Assembly: GCF_009834535.1 (NCBI RefSeq)
Contig: NC_045696.1
Span: forward strand, 55,802,001-55,866,000
Source of the DNA: Camelus ferus
Lineage: Eukaryota
Direction of reading: 5' to 3'
Length of the DNA: 64,000 nucleotides
Shown here: in pieces, positions 59,481 to 64,000 of the stretch
Layout of the letters: each line of letters opens with the position of its first letter
How positions within the stretch are numbered: position 1 is the first letter of the stretch
The notes under the pieces: generated by a model
The model's input: the letters and a program-made list of their open reading frames with translations, nothing else
Databases searched by the model: none
What the model was told of the DNA's origin: nothing
Program-made: the position numbers and the translations under genes

Positions 59481-59606
59481 TGGCAGGGAGAATCTAGCTC
59501 AGTGGTAGAGTGCACGCTTAGCATACATGAGGTCCTGGGTTCAAATCCCCGGTACTTCCTCTAAAATAAAAACCCTAATACTTCCCCCTACTTCCCCAAA
59601 ACAACA
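59481..59606 (+). mobile_element. tRNA-Ala-derived SINE (Vic-1-like) between the TIMMDC1 and CD80 3' ends
   Basis: A and B boxes; 16-bp TSD AAAAGGATATGA(G/A)AAC at 59465-59480 and 59607-59622. Confidence 0.85.
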
Positions 59607-59709
59607 AAAAGGATATGAAAACCTTTGTGCTAGTATGTTTCACCATGATTTACGTATTATTGCCACACTCCACAAAGCATCCCATTCATAAATTGCTGAC
59701 AGATTGGCA

Positions 59710-61289
59710 ATTAGTCAATCTGTTTATTGTTTTATTCACATATAGATTAAATCCTTCAGCTACAAATTAAAAAATCTGATGGTTGGTTGTAAAATTATTC
59801 ATATCACAAAAATGTCAGAATGAAAGTAAAATATAACTCTTTGAAAAAATATTAAATTTTATTTAATAATTTTTATAATTTCATAAATTTTTTTAGATTT
59901 GTACTGTTTTGTAGCGAATTTTTAAGAACTTTTGATCATGTCCAAGGATTGTACTGACTTAACTAAATGCAGCAATTCCTGGGTTTTTCTTGTTATTTGT
60001 TTCTTTGCTTCAAGTTCTTGTCAACTTCACTACCTTTATTTTCTAAAGTAATTTTGTTCTGGGTACAGCCTGTCTCTTAGACTATATAGCATAATTTAAT
60101 CTATTGTTTAATTTTTGGAGCGGGAACATCATTTATTTTTGTCCCTAGAGGTATTATATTTTTGAATTTTCAAAAGCTACACTGTACCTCAGTTACAGGG
60201 TGGTGTTCCACAATTAGATTTCTTTGTGCTTCTAGGTCTAGGTTGCACTGTGGGCTTAGGCCCAAGTGGAGTTGGGTGATCTCCCACTAGATCAGTACCG
60301 TGGTGCCTCTGTACCCCTCACAATATTCCATTTCAATGGAGGGATCCTTAGAGGCTTTGTAGTGACAACATTTGGGCCACCCCTATAAAGAGGACTTGAG
60401 TCTGCTCTCTGCCAGCCTCTACTACCTACAGAGCACCTCAGGAGTTAAGTTGGTGGCCTTGGGGTCAGTCAGATGAGCTCTTCATGGATGATCTGTCTCA
60501 TTTTAAATGAGAACTTTGTCATAAATACTTTACAAATGAGACTAAACTAGCATAAAGCCATTTAAGGAGATTATCAGTCCAATGTGAACCAGTAGAATGT
60601 AAACCATCCCTCTCCAATCTGACTGTTACTTTGATGTGTATAACTCATTCCTCTTACATGCCAGAGGAAATTGGTTTTAGCTGGATCTGCTTCCTCCTGA
60701 ACCTGGTAGAGAAGTGGGAGAGGAACAATGAAAATGAACTGCTAGCTAAACACCAGTAATATTTCCATTATCCTCATTTGGTGTGCACACCACATACTTC
60801 CCACACATTTGCATTAGGTTGCTTTTAACAACACAGCATCCTCCAGTGCTGCATCAGATCATCTCTGAAGCTGACCTTGATGATGGTAAGTTTCTGTTTC
60901 CAGAAGCACTATGACTGGTGTGTGTGTATACACACACACCAGTTAATAGCACAGAGATGGATTGATGAAGGAAAAGCACCAGAGCAAGGAAATCTAAGTT
61001 CTAGCCCTGGCCTTTACAATTCAAGTTACCTCCCAGGACTCCGATATCCTTGTCATTAGTAAGACTAGTATTCACGAATGTCTCTTCCAGGTCTAAGGAA
61101 TTCTGTTTTCAAATCCTTGGTCAGAGTCACCAGATCTACTTCTGACCCCACCATATTCCTCTGATCACTTTCTGCAAAGCCACTGGTACGAAGAGGCTCC
61201 CAGAGAACAGGTACATGAAGGGCGAGATGTGATAATCTTGGTCATTTGAGGAAATTCAAGAAGAGGTCAATCTCAGATGGAGGTGGGAC
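59710..61289 (-). other. CD80: CD80 terminal non-coding (3'-UTR) exon; 3' end approximate
   Basis: Acceptor gttttcttcag|GTCCCACCTCCATCTGAGATTGACCTCTTC resembles the start of the human CD80 last exon as recalled. AU-rich. Confidence 0.75.
59723..59863 (-). terminator. Candidate CD80 poly(A) signals (minus-strand AATAAA at 59858-59863, 59731-59736 and 59723-59728)
   Basis: TTTATT on the plus strand at the AT-rich end of the CD80 last exon. Confidence 0.55.
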
Positions 61290-63115
61290 CTGAAGAAAAC
61301 ATTTAAAGTTTTATATTTTTTATTGCTACAGTATTCCCAGATTGAGATAACATTATAGATATTAATCTTGATGGCTAATGAACAGAAAGGCAAGTCTAAA
61401 TTACAAGTCTGACATTTTTACTACACGAAATATCAGGCAAATATTAAGCTGCCAGCTATCACCAACCAACCAAATGTTATTGATCAGGGCACTCATCTGT
61501 ATGTGGGGCAAACAAAGGTGTATCGGGCGTGATTGGCTATAATTTGGTAGAGAATATAAGACACAGCCCATGAAAATAAACCCAGGGTGGAGAGTAAAGT
61601 GCTAGGGGTGGCACTGCTCCAGCAGTCAGAGGCAGAGCTTCTTGAACTGGTCAAGGGGGACACAGAAGGCTTGTGTAGAAGACTGGCTTTGTGGCTTCAT
61701 TGTGAAGTATCAGCTGACTGAGCAGAAGACTTTTAAGACAGAAGTAAAGTCAGGGAAATGTGAGGTAATGGCAGAACTGAAGGGAATATCCTGGGAAGGG
61801 CTTCCTGAGGAATGAGCAAGAAGTTGATATGAAAAGAAAACAGGATAGGAAGCTAAGAGATTGCTGTGGGGAAAATACAGGATGCTTTGGTATCATGAGA
61901 GGAGCCTGAGCTTGGTTTCCAGCTGGGGCCTGGTTTTGCTCCCTTTTAGCTATCTGACCTTAGGCAGGTCACTCAACCTCTGGGAGCCTTGGGTTTCCCT
62001 CCCATAAAACAGAAAGATCTTGCTCATAGAGATTGTTATAAGACTAAAATGAAATAATGTGTTTGTGAAACAGAACCTGTTCTGTAAGTTTCAGGTATTA
62101 CATTTCATTTTCTTTTATGTTTAAAGGTAACTCTCCAGACTCTCGTTTTTGTTTTTTTTTTTTTTTTTTTTATGTAGGTGTTACCCTAACTTCTGCAAGT
62201 CAAAACTGAACTGATTATGGATATTATAAACCACCCTGAACCTGCTATCAGTCTCTTGGATTCTAATGTCCCAATGTTTCTGTTACCTGAAAGGACCTGG
62301 GGATTTTAGGATAGTGCAAAATTGATGTAAGTTGATAGTTTGACTTACAAAAGCTGATTCTGTGTTAGTTTCCCATAACAGAAAGGACATTCCAGACCCT
62401 GGATAGTAATTACCCCATCATATGTAGAATCAGATCAAATCTAAAGTCTTGGACACCACTTATTGACATCTAGTGTGTTTATGTGGAGCTTCTGAAAATT
62501 GTCCTGTGAAAAACAATTGAAACAGTTGAAACAACTGAGGATGTTTAGACTGAAGAGATCAACTGAATGTGGAAAGTTGAAAGTTCTAAAGCTTTTCCTG
62601 TAAACACGGGGGTCTCCTCTGAGTTTTTTAAATGACATGGAGAAGTAATTCTTTATGAAATTTGGCTCTGTGATTGAGTAGGTAGGATGACTCAGTAAGA
62701 AGCAGAGAGACCAGTGACATGTTACTGAATTAGTACAGAGTGACCCCAGTCTGTGTCCATCAGTACAGCAGGTTACAGGGGAAAAGGAATGATAGAATAA
62801 GGAGTTAACCCAGGAACAGTGCGTGTTTGAGAGATACTGAAAGACACTCAGTTAATAGACAACCGGAGAATATTTCAAGACAGCAAAATGGCACAGCAAA
62901 GGAAGAGGTTAAAATAAGCAAATTTTATGTGGGGAGAAAGGTGCCAACCATCTGTTTAGAATACTCTGAATGAGGATTTTGAGAAGGTGGTAGTAGATAA
63001 AAGTCTAAAATTTGGTACTGAGAGGAAGAAGACCCTGTGCCCCATCAGCCACAAGATCTCACACATCCCACATTGGTAGAGAAGAGCTAAACGGGGCTAC
63101 CTCCATGTGTTCTGG

Positions 63116-63216
63116 TCAGCCCGATCCTTCCACACGTCCTATGCAGACTGGAGAGAGCCTTTCCATTTCCAAGCTCTCCTCATTCCTCCTTCTCTCTCTC
63201 TGTCTTGCAGCAAGTC
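63116..63216 (-). CDS. CD80: CD80 (B7-1) last coding exon, cytoplasmic tail; the rest of the gene lies off the right edge
   Basis: Acceptor ttgtcttcaag|GA, then LAARQRERRRNEESLEMERLSPVCIGRVEGSG*. The basic RERRRNE motif is typical of the CD80 tail. Synteny downstream of TIMMDC1. Donor GAG|gtagcc after 63101. Confidence 0.9.
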
Positions 63217-63314
63217 CTTGAAGACAAGCACAAGCACTAAGAATCTACATACGTCATTTTCCCTTAAGTTGCACCCATATACTTCAGCTGACCTTTGACT
63301 GGCTTAGAACTAGA

Positions 63315-63552
63315 GCTGTGGTTCTCAAGCTGGGGTGATTTTCACCACCGCCACCCCCCCCCCACCCCAGGGGACATATGTAATGCTTAGAGACATCTTT
63401 GGTTGTCACAGCTGGAGGAAGAGGTGCTATTGGCATATGGTGAGTGGAGGCCAGGGATGCTGCTAAACATCCTACAATGCACAGAACAGCCCCCTAAAAC
63501 AAAGAATGGCCCAGCCCTCAAAGTCAGTAGCACTAAGGATGAAAAACTGAAC
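63315..63552 (+). mobile_element. MER20-like hAT DNA transposon in a CD80 intron
   Basis: GTGGTTCTCAA...GGGGTGATTTT...GAGGCCAGGGATGCTGCTAAACATCCTACAATGCACAG. Confidence 0.8.
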
Positions 63553-64000
63553 TAGAGGAGTAAGGCTGCACAGTCTGTGTTAGAAACATTCTTGAGCCCA
63601 TCAGACCTCTTTGTTACCTGTGGGGTGAGTTGTTCATAGTGAAGAGTAGTGACTTCCTTGAGCTTTGACATTTTTTGTGTGCTGAGAGTTGGGAAAATCA
63701 GCAGATGTTGTTCTTCCAGTTTTCTTTGCTCAGTGTACATGATTTCTAGTTCAAAAGAGGTTGGTGTTCCTTTGTGGTGACTATAGCCTTAGCCCTGGCC
63801 TAGTGTTCCTCTTCATTTACAGAGATTGAGGGTAGCATGTGTGCAAGGCCAAAAAATTAAATTCATAGGAAAAAAAAATACCCTACATGTCTCTTCCTCA
63901 GCTACTCTTGATCTTTCTCCCAAAAATAAATTCTGAAGAATTAAGAATTGGTAAAATCACCTGTGGCGATTTGGCTACTCAACAACATCTCATTTGTGCA

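Noticed and set aside
59486..59560. tRNA-Ala(AGC)-like sequences here and at the four other SINE copies
   Set aside because: Acceptor stems are degenerate, they carry SINE tails, and some have TSDs. They are SINEs, not tRNA genes.

Overview
This is mammalian genomic DNA, most likely camelid judging from five copies of a tRNA-Ala-derived Vic-1-like SINE. It covers the conserved TMEM39A - POGLUT1 - TIMMDC1 - CD80 block. It contains the 5' part of TMEM39A (minus strand, exons 1-3) and all of POGLUT1 (plus strand, 11 coding exons, 392 aa, ending KTEL). It also contains all of TIMMDC1 (plus strand, 7 coding exons) and the last coding exon plus the 3'-UTR exon of CD80 (minus strand). The main anomaly is a +1 frameshift in TIMMDC1 exon 2 (167 nt instead of the 166 needed), which creates a TGA at 42471-42473 in an otherwise intact gene. 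Other points of interest: two solo ERV LTRs with 4-bp target-site duplications (TSDs), one carrying six regularly spaced CCAAT boxes just upstream of the TIMMDC1 promoter; a junction-spanning uORF in TMEM39A; a strong CTCF-like motif in TIMMDC1 intron 4; and a CD80 3'-UTR intron positioned to escape NMD. I found no evidence of a prokaryote-type system (CRISPR, operon) or of a new protein-coding gene. Gene identities rest on my recall of the orthologous proteins, and repeat-family names are by-eye calls, not database results.
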